From the IMG/VR virus record IMGVR_UViG_3300002494_000005, positions 3,482-67,481 of that record: a stretch of 64,000 bases of DNA. One strand, given 5' to 3'. The number at the start of each line of letters is the position of its first letter. Within the stretch, counting starts at the first letter, position 1. This stretch comes from a virus. The notes beneath the pieces were generated by a model that searched no databases, was not told where the DNA came from, and worked only from the letters and a program-made list of their open reading frames with translations. This document shows positions 1 through 9,807 of the stretch, piece by piece. The translations under genes and the position numbers were made by a program.

Positions 1-206
1 AAGGTAACCGCATACCACCGGTACAGGCTAAGGACATTGTTAACCTGACTGGAGCCTTGCAGAGGCTTAAAGCTTCTAAGATTGCTCTCTTGCGAGAGAC
101 GCTGGGCAACAAGAATAAAGCGCCAGCTTTACCGTCGCAGTCGCAAGTAGTAGTTGAAGCCGACTTTGTGGATGTGTTAGATGAAGTTGAGCGTGCAAAA
201 AATTAG
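1..206 (+). CDS. Partial CDS (C-terminus), probable terminase small subunit
   Basis: Frame 3 is open from the window edge to TAG at 204-206 (GNRIPPVQAKDIVNL...EVERAKN*). Function is assigned from its position directly upstream of TerL only. Confidence 0.5.
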   Translation, partial: GNRIPPVQAKDIVNLTGALQRLKASKIALLRETLGNKNKAPALPSQSQVVVEADFVDVLDEVERAKN

Positions 207-212
207 TGCGTT

Positions 213-223
213 TGTGGTATAAT
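213..223 (+). promoter_or_regulatory. Extended -10 host-RNAP promoter (TGTGGTATAAT)
   Basis: Perfect TGnTATAAT upstream of the structural operon. The same TGTGnTATA(A/C)T form recurs at 32228 (+) and 43765 (-). Confidence 0.7.
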
Positions 224-262
224 GTAACTGGCTGACGGTTAGGGTCAGTCAGGTTTGACGCT

Positions 263-320
263 GGCCGGATGGTTGGGCAAATGTATTTATGCGCCCTTGG
301 GGGGCCATCCGGCCTTTTAT
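263..320 (+). terminator. Intrinsic terminator/attenuator-like hairpin before terL
   Basis: GGCCGGATGG...CCATCCGGCC followed by TTTTATT. Confidence 0.5.
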
Positions 321-342
321 TCCCCCGTAACTACGGAGTGCT

Positions 343-1764
343 ATGAGTATTCGCAAGTACGCGCCTAGCCAACGTTTCTTTGACCTGCTCGGATACCAGC
401 CGTATCCGTATCAGGCTGACATTCATAGTTCCCGTGCCCAGCATAGGGTAGTCGTGGTGGGTAGGCAGTCGGGCAAGTCTACATTAGCCGCTGTAGAAGC
501 TACGTTTGAGTTGCTGTTTAACAAGACTTCTTGGGGTTGGGTAGTAGCGCCGGTGTACCAGCAGGCTAGTATTATCTTTGACCGTGTAACTGACATGGTC
601 TATCTGGCCGACACCAAACTGCCGGGTACTCGCGAGATTCGTGTTTCCCGTCGTAACATGACCATTGAAGTTCGCCACTACGACCAGCAGGGTAGGTTCT
701 TGGGTCGTAGTCGCTTTCAGGGTAAAACTGGTGAGAACCCCGATAACCTCCGCGGTGCTAGCTTGAACTACCTGATTGTAGACGAAGCGGCGATGGTAGA
801 CTCTCAGGTCATCTTTGAGTCTTTGATGCCTACTCTGACCACGACTAACGGCTGGACTCTGTTTATCAGCACTCCGAAGGGTTACAACTGGTTCTACGAC
901 ATGTTTCAGCACGCCCTTTCGCACAGACATCACGAAGACTACCCTTACTTGACGCAGTACGCCGCTTGGCAGTTGGCTACCTGGGACGCTAACCCGTCTA
1001 TTCCAGACTCTTTCTTTGAGCAGCAACGTCTTATCATGCCGGAGCGAGTGTTCCGACAAGAGTATGGAGCTGAGTTCTTGGCCGACTCTGGTAGCGTCTT
1101 TCAGCGTCTTGACGAGTGCCCTAAGCTTAAGCCGCTCCGCGTCTCTCCAACGGAACTTCTGCTCAGGTATTCAATACCATACCATCGTTACGTCATTGGC
1201 GCTGACTTTGCTCGTCTTGACGACTTCTCGGTGTTCACCGTGGTAGACGTGGATACTCGTGAAGTGGTGCGCATTTTGAGGATGAACACCGTTTCCTGGG
1301 AACGTCAGTTGGAGGAACTGGCTAAGCTTTATCGTGAATATCCAGGCGCTTTTGTAGCGGTAGACGCCAGGGGTGTTGGAGACCCGTTGGTAGAAGCCTT
1401 AGCTTCCAGAGGCATTCCTGTTAGTCCTATCCAACTGTCTACCGCCGCCATCAAGGAGCAGCTAATCAACAAGCTAGCTCTTGCCATCGAACACGGACGC
1501 ATTACTCTACCGGATAACTACGAGTACTTGCAGGAGTTTAGAGATTTTGTGTATGAGCGCACGGCCGCTGGTGGCTTGAGGATGCGCGCTGCTGGACGTG
1601 GCAAGGACGACCGAGTGTTGTCCTTGGCCATCGCTTGGTGGTTTGTTCCCGAGGAAGGCGTAGGACATGTCCTTGTACCAGATAACTTTACCATTGAACT
1701 GGCCGAAATCCAAGACACTATGGGCGATGAGGCGCTAGAGGACATGGAATCTCTACCGGTTTAG
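343..1764 (+). CDS. terL: Terminase large subunit
   Basis: Walker A GRQSGKS, Walker B YLIVDEAA, ISTPKG motif, RNase H-like nuclease domain (IGADFARLDD, DDRVLSLAIA). Confidence 0.95.
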   Translation: MSIRKYAPSQRFFDLLGYQPYPYQADIHSSRAQHRVVVVGRQSGKSTLAAVEATFELLFNKTSWGWVVAPVYQQASIIFDRVTDMVYLADTKLPGTREIRVSRRNMTIEVRHYDQQGRFLGRSRFQGKTGENPDNLRGASLNYLIVDEAAMVDSQVIFESLMPTLTTTNGWTLFISTPKGYNWFYDMFQHALSHRHHEDYPYLTQYAAWQLATWDANPSIPDSFFEQQRLIMPERVFRQEYGAEFLADSGSVFQRLDECPKLKPLRVSPTELLLRYSIPYHRYVIGADFARLDDFSVFTVVDVDTREVVRILRMNTVSWERQLEELAKLYREYPGAFVAVDARGVGDPLVEALASRGIPVSPIQLSTAAIKEQLINKLALAIEHGRITLPDNYEYLQEFRDFVYERTAAGGLRMRAAGRGKDDRVLSLAIAWWFVPEEGVGHVLVPDNFTIELAEIQDTMGDEALEDMESLPV

Positions 1765-1775
1765 TCGGAGGTGAG

Positions 1776-3179
1776 ATGCGTATACAAGATGCCCCCAAGC
1801 TAATTCTTGGAGCCTTTGGACTCCTGCGCAACGGTGACACTCAGCACGCTGTACCAACTGACGAGTCTACTCCGCTTGACGACTCCGACTTGAATAAGCT
1901 AGTTGGCAATCAGCGTGTACCGCTACTCTCCCTTGACCTGGAAGACAACCAAGGCCAGCTTTTGGTTCAGGCTAACGAGCTTGTTGACCCAGACATGACC
2001 AGGGAGCGGTGGCTTCAGGAGTTTCACCACATGCGCCTAGACGACTCGGTGCAAGACGCGTTAAACATCCTGACCACGGCTCTGCATGGCTTCAAGTACT
2101 ACGTACTACCCGCTAGCGATGACGCCAAGGACGTTAAGGTAGCGGCGTTTATTGCCGACCAGCTTGGCATAGGCCGACCTAGCTTTAGCAAGTACGCGCA
2201 CTTCCGTGTGCTCATGAAGTCCTACGAGTTAGCCCTTATCTATGGCTACTCGGCTGTGGAGATAGTCACCGATACCAATGGTGGCCTGGCTAAGCTGGTA
2301 CCTATCCACCCCTTCCACATCGTGGACATTGAGCGCGACAACAAGGGTGGGCCTAAGAATCTGATTGTGCGTGGTACTGTCAAGGCTGGCGAGACACAGG
2401 TACCCGAGTACAAGGAAGTTAAGGTACCTTTTGTCAAGATTGTGTACTTTGCCCACGATGACGATGGTAACTTGGACGGCAGAAGCCTGCTAAGGGCGGC
2501 TTACGTGCCTTGGCGCATTAAACGCGCCATGCTCCGTTTGGTCAACGCCGGCTATGAGCGCTTTCTGCTTGGTATTCCGGTGCTTACGGTGCCAAAGACC
2601 GTAGTGCCGGGTACCAAGGAGTGGTCGATGGCGGAAAACACGCTCAAGGCCCTCGCTGCCAAGCCGCGGAGCGGCGTAGCTTTGCCTGAGGGTTGGCAGC
2701 TGGAGATTTACACGGTCAACTCTCAGATGCCTGATGCCTTACCGTACATCATCAGGCAGGACGTAGCCATCAAGAGGGCCATGGGTGTGTCGATGGCTTC
2801 TTTGGGTCTAGACACCTCTGGAAACTACAAGCAGGCTGACCAGCTTGGTAAGGTGTCTAGAGAGATGGCCCTTAAATTGGCTAGGGAGTTCATAGACTAT
2901 GTGAACTTGTACCTTGTCAACCGTTTGGTTTTCTTGAACTTTCCTAACCTGACTAGGTACCCGTATCTTGGTCTGGTTAGTTCCGCCCAAGCCGACCCGG
3001 CAAGTGTGCTTAACGCTTTCGCTCAGATGCTGTCCGCCGCCGCTGGCGCTGGAGGCTTTAACGAAGAGACATACAACCGCATCGCTGAATTGGCACCTAG
3101 GGCCATTAGGGATATGTTGGGTTTTGAAGAGGACAAGCTGCTGCGACTGGTTGAAGCGCAGAGGAGGAGTGTGTCATGA
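1776..3179 (+). CDS. Portal protein
   Basis: 467 aa after terL; ALIYGYSAVEIV and GRSLLRAAY motifs typical of DUF935/Mu gp29-like portals. Confidence 0.85.
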   Translation: MRIQDAPKLILGAFGLLRNGDTQHAVPTDESTPLDDSDLNKLVGNQRVPLLSLDLEDNQGQLLVQANELVDPDMTRERWLQEFHHMRLDDSVQDALNILTTALHGFKYYVLPASDDAKDVKVAAFIADQLGIGRPSFSKYAHFRVLMKSYELALIYGYSAVEIVTDTNGGLAKLVPIHPFHIVDIERDNKGGPKNLIVRGTVKAGETQVPEYKEVKVPFVKIVYFAHDDDGNLDGRSLLRAAYVPWRIKRAMLRLVNAGYERFLLGIPVLTVPKTVVPGTKEWSMAENTLKALAAKPRSGVALPEGWQLEIYTVNSQMPDALPYIIRQDVAIKRAMGVSMASLGLDTSGNYKQADQLGKVSREMALKLAREFIDYVNLYLVNRLVFLNFPNLTRYPYLGLVSSAQADPASVLNAFAQMLSAAAGAGGFNEETYNRIAELAPRAIRDMLGFEEDKLLRLVEAQRRSVS

Positions 3180-4144
3180 GTGATATTGATAGGACGCTAC
3201 TTCTTTTTAGTGAGCAGGGTGAGGTCACCGCCCCACTGAACTTTGAGGAAGACCCTGACACTCCACCTAGCTTTGCCGGCAATAAGGTGTCTAAGCCGAT
3301 TCCCATCCTGGTAGAGGGTACTTTCTACGGGTACACGCCTTCCGGGCGTTCGGTGGAGGTGAAATACGACAGGGCCTTCCTTGAAGCGATGGTCAAGAAT
3401 ACCAAGCGTGATGTGGCCATGAACTATGAGCACGTTCGCTATGGTCCTAACACTGTCGGTTGGGTGAAGACAAAGAACGGGAAGTTTTACGTTGACAAGC
3501 TTCCCGATGGCAGGTACGCTCTGTTTGCCCAACTTGAGGTCACGCCTGAGGCGTATGAACGAATTACCTCTGGGCAGTATAGGGACATTTCCGTTGAGGT
3601 TGACCGGAGCAAGAGACGTCTGGTCGGTTTGGCGTTGACTAACTACCCGGCTATTGACGGGATTCATCAGTTTTCTTTGCCAGATGAAGAGACGGAGGTA
3701 GGCATGGAGGAGGCTAAGGTGAAGGACGTTAACGAGGTCGAGGCGCGTTTCTCTGAACAGCTGAACGCGCTTCAGGCTAAGCTGGTCGAGCTTGAGGCCA
3801 AGCTGGAAGAGGAACGCCGTAGGGCTGAGCGGGCTGAACGCCTGCTTCAGTTCTCCGAGAAGCTGGAGCGTTATCAGGGGCGTATTCCCGCCGGCGTGAA
3901 GCCCGCTCTGGTTGAGTTGTACCTGTTTGCCGCGGCGCATGACCAGGAGGTGGTGCAGTTCTCTGACGCTGCCGGAGAGCCCGTCAAGGCTACGCCCGTT
4001 GAGCTTATTGACATGCTTCTGGATGGGTTGGCCACGGTCAACTTCTCCGAGCAGGTGGTAAGCAAGGCCGCTACCACCGATACTCCGGATTTGGACCTGA
4101 GCTACGTGGAGGCGGTTAAGTCTATCGCCAAGAGGCGTCTCTAA
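3176..4144 (+). CDS. Prohead protease/scaffold
   Basis: Mu-I-like protease motifs (NYEH, YRDISVE, GLALTNYPAI) plus an acidic coiled-coil C-terminal scaffold. Confidence 0.75.
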   Translation: MSDIDRTLLLFSEQGEVTAPLNFEEDPDTPPSFAGNKVSKPIPILVEGTFYGYTPSGRSVEVKYDRAFLEAMVKNTKRDVAMNYEHVRYGPNTVGWVKTKNGKFYVDKLPDGRYALFAQLEVTPEAYERITSGQYRDISVEVDRSKRRLVGLALTNYPAIDGIHQFSLPDEETEVGMEEAKVKDVNEVEARFSEQLNALQAKLVELEAKLEEERRRAERAERLLQFSEKLERYQGRIPAGVKPALVELYLFAAAHDQEVVQFSDAAGEPVKATPVELIDMLLDGLATVNFSEQVVSKAATTDTPDLDLSYVEAVKSIAKRRL

Positions 4145-4156
4145 GCGAGGTGAAGC

Positions 4157-4765
4157 ATGCCTAAGTTCACTGGATTCCAGAAGGTTTTTGGTGTCGGGCA
4201 GAAGTTCCACGACTCCCTTGAAGGCCTGCTTCGGGAGCCGCTGGTGGTTTCCGGTCGGATGACCAACGGGTTTGTTGGTCGGCGCGGTCGGCCTGTTGTC
4301 TACGATGCCGCTACCGGCCGGTTTAGGCCCCTTGTGTTGGCCAAGGTGGTATCTGTTCTTGACGCCGCCACTAAGAAGGTTGAGCTTTCCGCTTACGACG
4401 GTGTGGTTGCCGGGCAGCCTTACAAGCTCATTCTTCGTGACGGTACCACCGCTGACGCTACCGTCACTGCGGTTGTGGCGCCCTCTTACGACCCCGTGTC
4501 TACCCTGCAGACTAACCAGGACTACGTGACCCTGAACATCACCACCACTCCCGCTCCCGACATCTCCCAGGTGGCTTACATCGCTCCCGCTACCTTCACC
4601 GCCACCACCAAGGCTGACGGGTTTGTGTACGAGGACTCCGACTCTGAGACGGTAGCCGTGGCGGTCACGCTTGAGGGGGCCAAGCTTGAGCAGCTGCTTG
4701 GAGTCGAACTGTTTGGCTTTGGCGCTAAGGTGATTAACGGTCTGGTGTTCTTCTACACCGCTTAA
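4157..4765 (+). CDS. Probable capsid decoration protein
   Basis: Beta-rich 202-aa protein between scaffold and major capsid gene, with highly biased codon usage. Confidence 0.6.
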   Translation: MPKFTGFQKVFGVGQKFHDSLEGLLREPLVVSGRMTNGFVGRRGRPVVYDAATGRFRPLVLAKVVSVLDAATKKVELSAYDGVVAGQPYKLILRDGTTADATVTAVVAPSYDPVSTLQTNQDYVTLNITTTPAPDISQVAYIAPATFTATTKADGFVYEDSDSETVAVAVTLEGAKLEQLLGVELFGFGAKVINGLVFFYTA

Positions 4766-4780
4766 TGGATGAGGTGAAGC

Positions 4781-5947
4781 ATGGCTATCTTTGAGCTGAA
4801 TGCCGGTTCTGACCTTCGGTTCCCTACGAAGAAGGAAGTTGAGCGCATTCTCCAGGACCTGGACACCGAGTATTTCGGTTGGGCCGACACCAGCCAGTAC
4901 AAGCTGGCTTCTAAGTTTTTCCCTGTCAACGCTATCACGGCCACCGAGCTTGAGATGTATGTGGTCAAGACCCCGCACAAGTACGGGATGACCTACTTCC
5001 ACGCTCCCGGCACTGAGCCCAGGACCTGGAACAAGGAGGAGGCTTATGAAGTCTACAAGGCCTCCTTCAAGGGAGCGCACTTCAAGGAGGGCGTGTACTG
5101 GGGTGAGGTGGAACTGACCGAGCTCGCTTCTGTCGCTCCAGGCCTTCGCACCGTGCGCATTCAGGAGCAGGTGGCCGAGGCTTTGGCCGATATGGCCGAG
5201 CGCCGTAAGCGCCGCATCGAATGGATGGTGGCGCAGATTCTCACCACCGGCAACCTGGTGGTTACTCGTACCTTGCCCGACAACCCCGAGGGCATCGAGT
5301 TCACTGTCGACTACCGTCTGCACAACCCTCTAATTACCCTTACCCACAGGTTTGACGAAGTGGATGCTAGCGGCAAGTCTTTGACCGACCCCATCAAGTT
5401 CTTTGTTGACCTTCGTTACAGCGCCCTTAACGACATGACTGTGGGGCCCGGCAAGTACCTGCCCGCTGAGCTTATCGTCACCTCTAACTTTGTGCGTGTG
5501 CTGCGGAATAACACCAAGTTCTGGGAGGCCTGGTACGGCTTCAACAACCGGGACACCACCAAGGAAGTCACCCCCATCTACTTCTACCCCGACGAGTACA
5601 TTCTTGACGCCTTCTCTCGCATGACCGGGCTGAAGGTTACCGTCTACGACCAGGGCTACCTGGACCAGGACGGGACTTTCCACAAGTTTATCCCCGACAA
5701 TAAGGCTGTGCTCATCTACAGCGGTCCTGGCAAGTTTGGTGAGTTTACCATGACCGCTCACGTGCACACTACCGGGGATAGGCTTACGGTCGGTACTGGC
5801 CCCTATGTGCTTGTGGACGACGGCCGTCGTAAGCCCAACCCCTACTATGCCATTTACCACGGCTTCCACGGCCTGCCCAGGCTTTTGGACTACGACCCCA
5901 AGACTATGGCCAACCACCGTATCAAGTTCTTCCAGTACTCCGCCTAA
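4781..5947 (+). CDS. Major capsid protein
   Basis: 388 aa, lambda gpE-like segment (RRIEWMVAQILTTG; KFIPDNKAVL), strong RBS, followed by a terminator. Confidence 0.85.
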   Translation: MAIFELNAGSDLRFPTKKEVERILQDLDTEYFGWADTSQYKLASKFFPVNAITATELEMYVVKTPHKYGMTYFHAPGTEPRTWNKEEAYEVYKASFKGAHFKEGVYWGEVELTELASVAPGLRTVRIQEQVAEALADMAERRKRRIEWMVAQILTTGNLVVTRTLPDNPEGIEFTVDYRLHNPLITLTHRFDEVDASGKSLTDPIKFFVDLRYSALNDMTVGPGKYLPAELIVTSNFVRVLRNNTKFWEAWYGFNNRDTTKEVTPIYFYPDEYILDAFSRMTGLKVTVYDQGYLDQDGTFHKFIPDNKAVLIYSGPGKFGEFTMTAHVHTTGDRLTVGTGPYVLVDDGRRKPNPYYAIYHGFHGLPRLLDYDPKTMANHRIKFFQYSA

Positions 5948-5958
5948 TAGTAGGGTAT

Positions 5959-5990
5959 GCCGGGGTGGGTTAAATCCCACCCCGGCCTTC
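5959..5990 (+). terminator. Hairpin after major capsid gene
   Basis: GCCGGGGTGGG-TTAAAT-CCCACCCCGGC; weak U-tract. Confidence 0.65.
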
Positions 5991-6003
5991 GTTGGAGGAA
6001 GGC

Positions 6004-6225
6004 ATGCGTCTACTGGTGACTAACATTGTTTACATTGACCGACTTTACGTGCCTGGTGAATATGTGGAGGTAGACAAGGCCTTGGCCGACAGGCTTGTGA
6101 GCTTGGGCGTGGCTGAACCCGTTGTTGAACCTAAGGCTACTGAGCCTGTACCGGCTGAGGCACTTGAGTCGTCCCAGGAACAAGCGGCGGAGCCGCGGGA
6201 TAAGCCTCGCCGCCGTAAGGAGTGA
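6004..6225 (+). CDS. Small head-associated hypothetical protein
   Basis: GGAGG RBS before ATG 6004; typical small post-capsid ORF. Confidence 0.7.
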   Translation: MRLLVTNIVYIDRLYVPGEYVEVDKALADRLVSLGVAEPVVEPKATEPVPAEALESSQEQAAEPRDKPRRRKE

Positions 6226-6228
6226 GAT

Positions 6229-6639
6229 ATGCTCGACCCAGACGCCTTTGTTCCCTATGTGTGGCAGCATATGCCTCCGGAAATAGCTAAGCCGGAAAAC
6301 GTTACGGTAGACGGGCGTGCTGGGGTAACCACGACCACTTACAGGCAACTCGCGCGGTACGCTTTTTCTCAGGCTGACCAGCACCTGCGAGTGCGTTTTA
6401 ACACCCCCCTGCCGGACACTGTACCTGACGGTAGCACTTTGCAGTTTGCCCTGTCTCAGTTGATAGCCGCTTACATCTTGCGCCGCTTCGCCGCTTACCA
6501 GGCGTTGGCCAAGGACATGTTTGCCAACGCTTTCGCTACGCTAGACGAGTGGGCGGTACAAGTACTGCAAGGACGGAACGCGGTAGCTGGCCCCACTTTT
6601 GTGGAAGATAAGTTTCTAGCGGAGTTTCCTAAGCTATGA
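6229..6639 (+). CDS. Probable head-tail adaptor
   Basis: Position and helical gp15/gp36-like pattern (ADQHLRVRFNTPL...LSQLIAAY). Confidence 0.55.
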   Translation: MLDPDAFVPYVWQHMPPEIAKPENVTVDGRAGVTTTTYRQLARYAFSQADQHLRVRFNTPLPDTVPDGSTLQFALSQLIAAYILRRFAAYQALAKDMFANAFATLDEWAVQVLQGRNAVAGPTFVEDKFLAEFPKL

Positions 6640-7088
6640 ATGTATCTAGACGCGGTCAGGCGCAGATAAGGCGCATTCTCCTCACATCGGCTAAAGGTGC
6701 GGCCGGTATGGCTATGCAAGCGTTGTTGGAGTCTTTAGGCGAAGCCATTGCCTTAGGACTTGACAACGTCTCTCTTCGCGCCACGTCAACGGCTAGGGTG
6801 CAGGAGAAAGTGCGCACTATGGCCGAACGCCATCTAGCTACACGCGCTAAGAGAGCGTTCTCTGACAAACTGCGTGAGGTGGCTTCCAGCACTTTACTGG
6901 CACCCGAAAAGTTCGCTGCTCACGAACGCCAGCGTCTAAACCCACTCTTCAGTGCGCTAAAACGTCCACTCAAGCCTAGCTCTATAAAAGTTCGTGACTG
7001 GGCTAGAGAGAAACACGGCAGCTACCGTATGTACCGTTGGGGTAGGCTGGACAGTAAAAAGGCGGTAGACCTTGGCAGATTTAGCTAA
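6636..7088 (+). CDS. Hypothetical basic protein (neck/morphogenesis region)
   Basis: ATGA overlap with upstream gene, operon context. Confidence 0.55.
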   Translation: MNVSRRGQAQIRRILLTSAKGAAGMAMQALLESLGEAIALGLDNVSLRATSTARVQEKVRTMAERHLATRAKRAFSDKLREVASSTLLAPEKFAAHERQRLNPLFSALKRPLKPSSIKVRDWAREKHGSYRMYRWGRLDSKKAVDLGRFS

Positions 7089-7106
7089 GGTGTTGATACC
7101 GGAAGC

Positions 7107-7463
7107 TTGGCCAGAATGCTTGGCTCTCCGCGGTATACTAGTATAAGGGCGGAGAAGGTTAGGTTGGAGGGCTGGAGGGGTGGTATACATCACGGCATTG
7201 ACCGGCCTTTAGCTAGGAAGCTTATGGCCGGTATGCGTAGCGGTGATATCGCCGCCAACAAGGAACTGCTTGTGGGTTTGCTGAACAAGGAGCAAGCCCA
7301 ACTTTACGTCAGTTACCGCTGGATAGTGAAGGGTGCCTCATTTGCTCCGGCTTACTACCAGATATTCGCCAAGCAACCCAGGTTGAACATCTTGGAGAAC
7401 AAGGGTGTGGCCGCCGTGGCCCTGTTGCGTGCGTTGAAGGAGGAACTGGATGAGGAACCGTGA
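7107..7463 (+). CDS. Hypothetical protein (neck region); start uncertain
   Basis: Fills the operon gap and overlaps the next start. Confidence 0.5.
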   Translation: MARMLGSPRYTSIRAEKVRLEGWRGGIHHGIDRPLARKLMAGMRSGDIAANKELLVGLLNKEQAQLYVSYRWIVKGASFAPAYYQIFAKQPRLNILENKGVAAVALLRALKEELDEEP

Positions 7464-7938
7464 GCGTGAGTTTGTCAATGCGCTAGTAACATGGCTGCGT
7501 GGTCGAACGTTCTTACTCTACGATGGCTTGGCTGTCGGCTTTACAGTGGTCACGGTTGGCCGCTATCCAGAGCGCGCTCCTGGGTTTCCTGTGGCTGTGG
7601 TGGTACCTCTAGGCCCTACGTGGGAGAACGTGGTGTTGGGTGCTGGAAGTCGTCTTGACCGCGTGGCTCGCAAGGTGCAAGTTGCCATAGAAGTCCACTA
7701 CGAACATGTAGACGCTGAAACTGGGCTTTATCACATGTCTGACATCTTCAACCAGCTGGTAGAAGGCCTTTTGCAGCCTCCTAGAGTGTTGGACGAGGTG
7801 ATGCTACGAATAGTGGACACCGACTACAGTTACGCCATTCAGGACAAGATTACTCAGGACCAAGAGATTCCTGACCTCATTCCTGATTGGGGTTACAAGG
7901 GCGTTGGGGTTGTGGTGCTAGAAGCGGAATGGAGGTGA
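7450..7938 (+). CDS. Probable tail terminator/completion protein
   Basis: Position before the tail tube; alpha/beta pattern with FPVAVV. Confidence 0.55.
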   Translation: MRNREREFVNALVTWLRGRTFLLYDGLAVGFTVVTVGRYPERAPGFPVAVVVPLGPTWENVVLGAGSRLDRVARKVQVAIEVHYEHVDAETGLYHMSDIFNQLVEGLLQPPRVLDEVMLRIVDTDYSYAIQDKITQDQEIPDLIPDWGYKGVGVVVLEAEWR

Positions 7939-7940
7939 GT

Positions 7941-8129
7941 GTGGTCAAGGTTCGGTATGTCGGTCCTCTGGAAGAGATTGCACTGCTTGGCTTCTCCGTC
8001 GCATATCGCATGAAGCGAGGAGAGCCTACGCTAGTGCTTGAGGAAGACGCTAATAGGCTCTTGGAAGACCCGGCTTTTGAGCTTGTGGACGACGAGGTTT
8101 TTGACAAGTTTCACGAGGAGGTTGACTAA
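7941..8129 (+). CDS. Small hypothetical protein
   Basis: GGAGG RBS then GTG; stop overlaps the tail tube start. Confidence 0.6.
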   Translation: MVKVRYVGPLEEIALLGFSVAYRMKRGEPTLVLEEDANRLLEDPAFELVDDEVFDKFHEEVD

Positions 8130-9151
8130 TGGCGCGTGGCATTGATTCCATTGTGGTCTTGAAGCAGCAGTCGGCTCAGGGCACCCCGGCTACGCTGGCG
8201 GCCAGCGACTACGCGCTTCCTATTCGCAGCGAAAGCTTGCAGGCTAGGCCAACCATCTACGGTTCCGAGGCCTTGCGTAAGCAGGCCATGCGGGACAAGA
8301 AGTTGGCGAGGCTTGGTACGCTTGACGTCAGCGGTAGCCTGGAAGTGGAGGCTACTAACCACGGGCTGAGCATCATCCTGCCGCTGGTGTTTGGGCAGGT
8401 TAGTACGCTGACGGCTGTGGGGTCTGATACCGGCGTTACCTGGCCGGCTAATAACTACGGCAAGCGGTATCAGCTTTCTACCGCCGACTTGCCCTACTCC
8501 ACGGTAGCCGTCTACGATGGGGAAGTCCGTAAACTTTTCACCGACATGAAGGTATCCCGCCTGAGCCTGCGGGCTGACATCAACCAGCTGGCTCTTCTTA
8601 GCCTTGACCTTGTGGGCATTCAGGCCAGCGTAGACGGTACCGCCGTCACGGCTACGGTGCCGGCTTCGGAATACGGGTTGTACTTTGAGCACGCTGATGT
8701 CCTTATTGGAGACGCTGGCGGTACGCTGACCAGTGTCCCCGTGCGCTCCTTCAGCTTGGACATTAACACCAACCCCAACACCGACCGGTACCGGCTTGGT
8801 AGCCGCTTCCGCAGGGCTGTGCCCACCGGGCGGTTTGACATCACCGGTAGCGTTGACCTGGACGCTAACAGCTTCCCCGGTGACCCGCAGAAGTTCTACA
8901 CCGCCGTCCTCAACGGTCAGTTCTTGAAGCTGAGGTTGGTGTTCTCCGACCCCACCAACACGGTTAGCTACACCGTGGGCACTACCAACCACACCACTAA
9001 TTCTCAGTTCATCGTGGACATTCCTTTCGCGCTTATCGAGTGGCCCAACCACAACATCAACGGTCCTGACATCATCACCGGGGCTGTGAACTTCACCGCT
9101 TACGCTGACGGTAGTACCGGCGTTTCCATTGACCACATCTACAAGCTTTAA
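8129..9151 (+). CDS. Major tail tube protein
   Basis: 340 aa, beta-rich, siphoviral tube-like motifs (VSGSLEVE, DITGSVDL), followed by a terminator and TAC genes. Confidence 0.8.
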   Translation: MARGIDSIVVLKQQSAQGTPATLAASDYALPIRSESLQARPTIYGSEALRKQAMRDKKLARLGTLDVSGSLEVEATNHGLSIILPLVFGQVSTLTAVGSDTGVTWPANNYGKRYQLSTADLPYSTVAVYDGEVRKLFTDMKVSRLSLRADINQLALLSLDLVGIQASVDGTAVTATVPASEYGLYFEHADVLIGDAGGTLTSVPVRSFSLDINTNPNTDRYRLGSRFRRAVPTGRFDITGSVDLDANSFPGDPQKFYTAVLNGQFLKLRLVFSDPTNTVSYTVGTTNHTTNSQFIVDIPFALIEWPNHNINGPDIITGAVNFTAYADGSTGVSIDHIYKL

Positions 9152-9160
9152 GCTTGACTT

Positions 9161-9208
9161 AAACGGGGGTACAGGCCAAATATCGGCTTGTACTCCCGTT
9201 TTCTTTTT
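9161..9208 (+). terminator. Intrinsic terminator after tail tube
   Basis: ACGGGGGTACAGGCC...GGCTTGTACTCCCGT + TTTTCTTTTT. Confidence 0.7.
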
Positions 9209-9217
9209 GGAGGTAGT

Positions 9218-9586
9218 GTGAGACTAGGAGACATTTACGGTATTCCGGTAGAACGTGAGTTTCCTTTCGCCACCTTAAAGTTCTCGCCCATTAACATTGA
9301 CTACTGGATTCGTCTAGAGCGGGATTACAAGCGTTCACTTGATGACTTTTCGTCTATCAGTCAAGATAACCCTATTCAGACACTTGACGTCATCCTAGCC
9401 ATGCTACACTGCGCTACCTACCCATATGTGCAAGATGAGTACAGAAGCGAAGCTTGGGCTGACATCCTTGCCACTTACGCGGTAGCGTATCCGGTACTGA
9501 TTGAATGGTTCTTGAAGTATGTTAACGACAGTCTAATAGACCCAAGCAAAAAGCCTAAACAGGGGGTGAAGCGCCCAAAATTCTAA
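9218..9586 (+). CDS. Tail assembly chaperone (G-like)
   Basis: Between tube and tape measure; GGAGG RBS before GTG 9218; slippery C CCA AAA just before the stop. Confidence 0.7.
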   Translation: MRLGDIYGIPVEREFPFATLKFSPINIDYWIRLERDYKRSLDDFSSISQDNPIQTLDVILAMLHCATYPYVQDEYRSEAWADILATYAVAYPVLIEWFLKYVNDSLIDPSKKPKQGVKRPKF

Positions 9587-9804
9587 ACCCCCGCACTGGA
9601 GAAGCTGAAGAGGTGAAGGGCTTCTCGTGGGAGTTCCTCCTTGACTTAGTAGTCCTCACAGGTCTGCCTCCAGAGTCAGTGCGGGGGATGACGGTACGCG
9701 CGGTGTTGACGTTGCTTGAGAAGAAGCTAGAGCTTGAGAAGGCGCGCATGGAGGCTATGACGGCTTCTCTTGGAATGCAGGCTATGCCGTTGAGCGGGAG
9801 GTAA
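9574..9804 (+). CDS. Tail assembly chaperone GT extension via -1 frameshift
   Basis: The -1 frame is open from heptamer 9574-9580 through ORF 9613..9804. Confidence 0.7.
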   Translation, partial: PKILNPRTGEAEEVKGFSWEFLLDLVVLTGLPPESVRGMTVRAVLTLLEKKLELEKARMEAMTASLGMQAMPLSGR

Positions 9805-9807
9805 GCC

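Noticed and set aside
3197-5323. 708-aa minus-strand ORF (and similar ones at 5330-5980 and 8126-9136)
   Set aside because: Antisense shadows of highly codon-biased structural genes; no RBS or recognisable motifs
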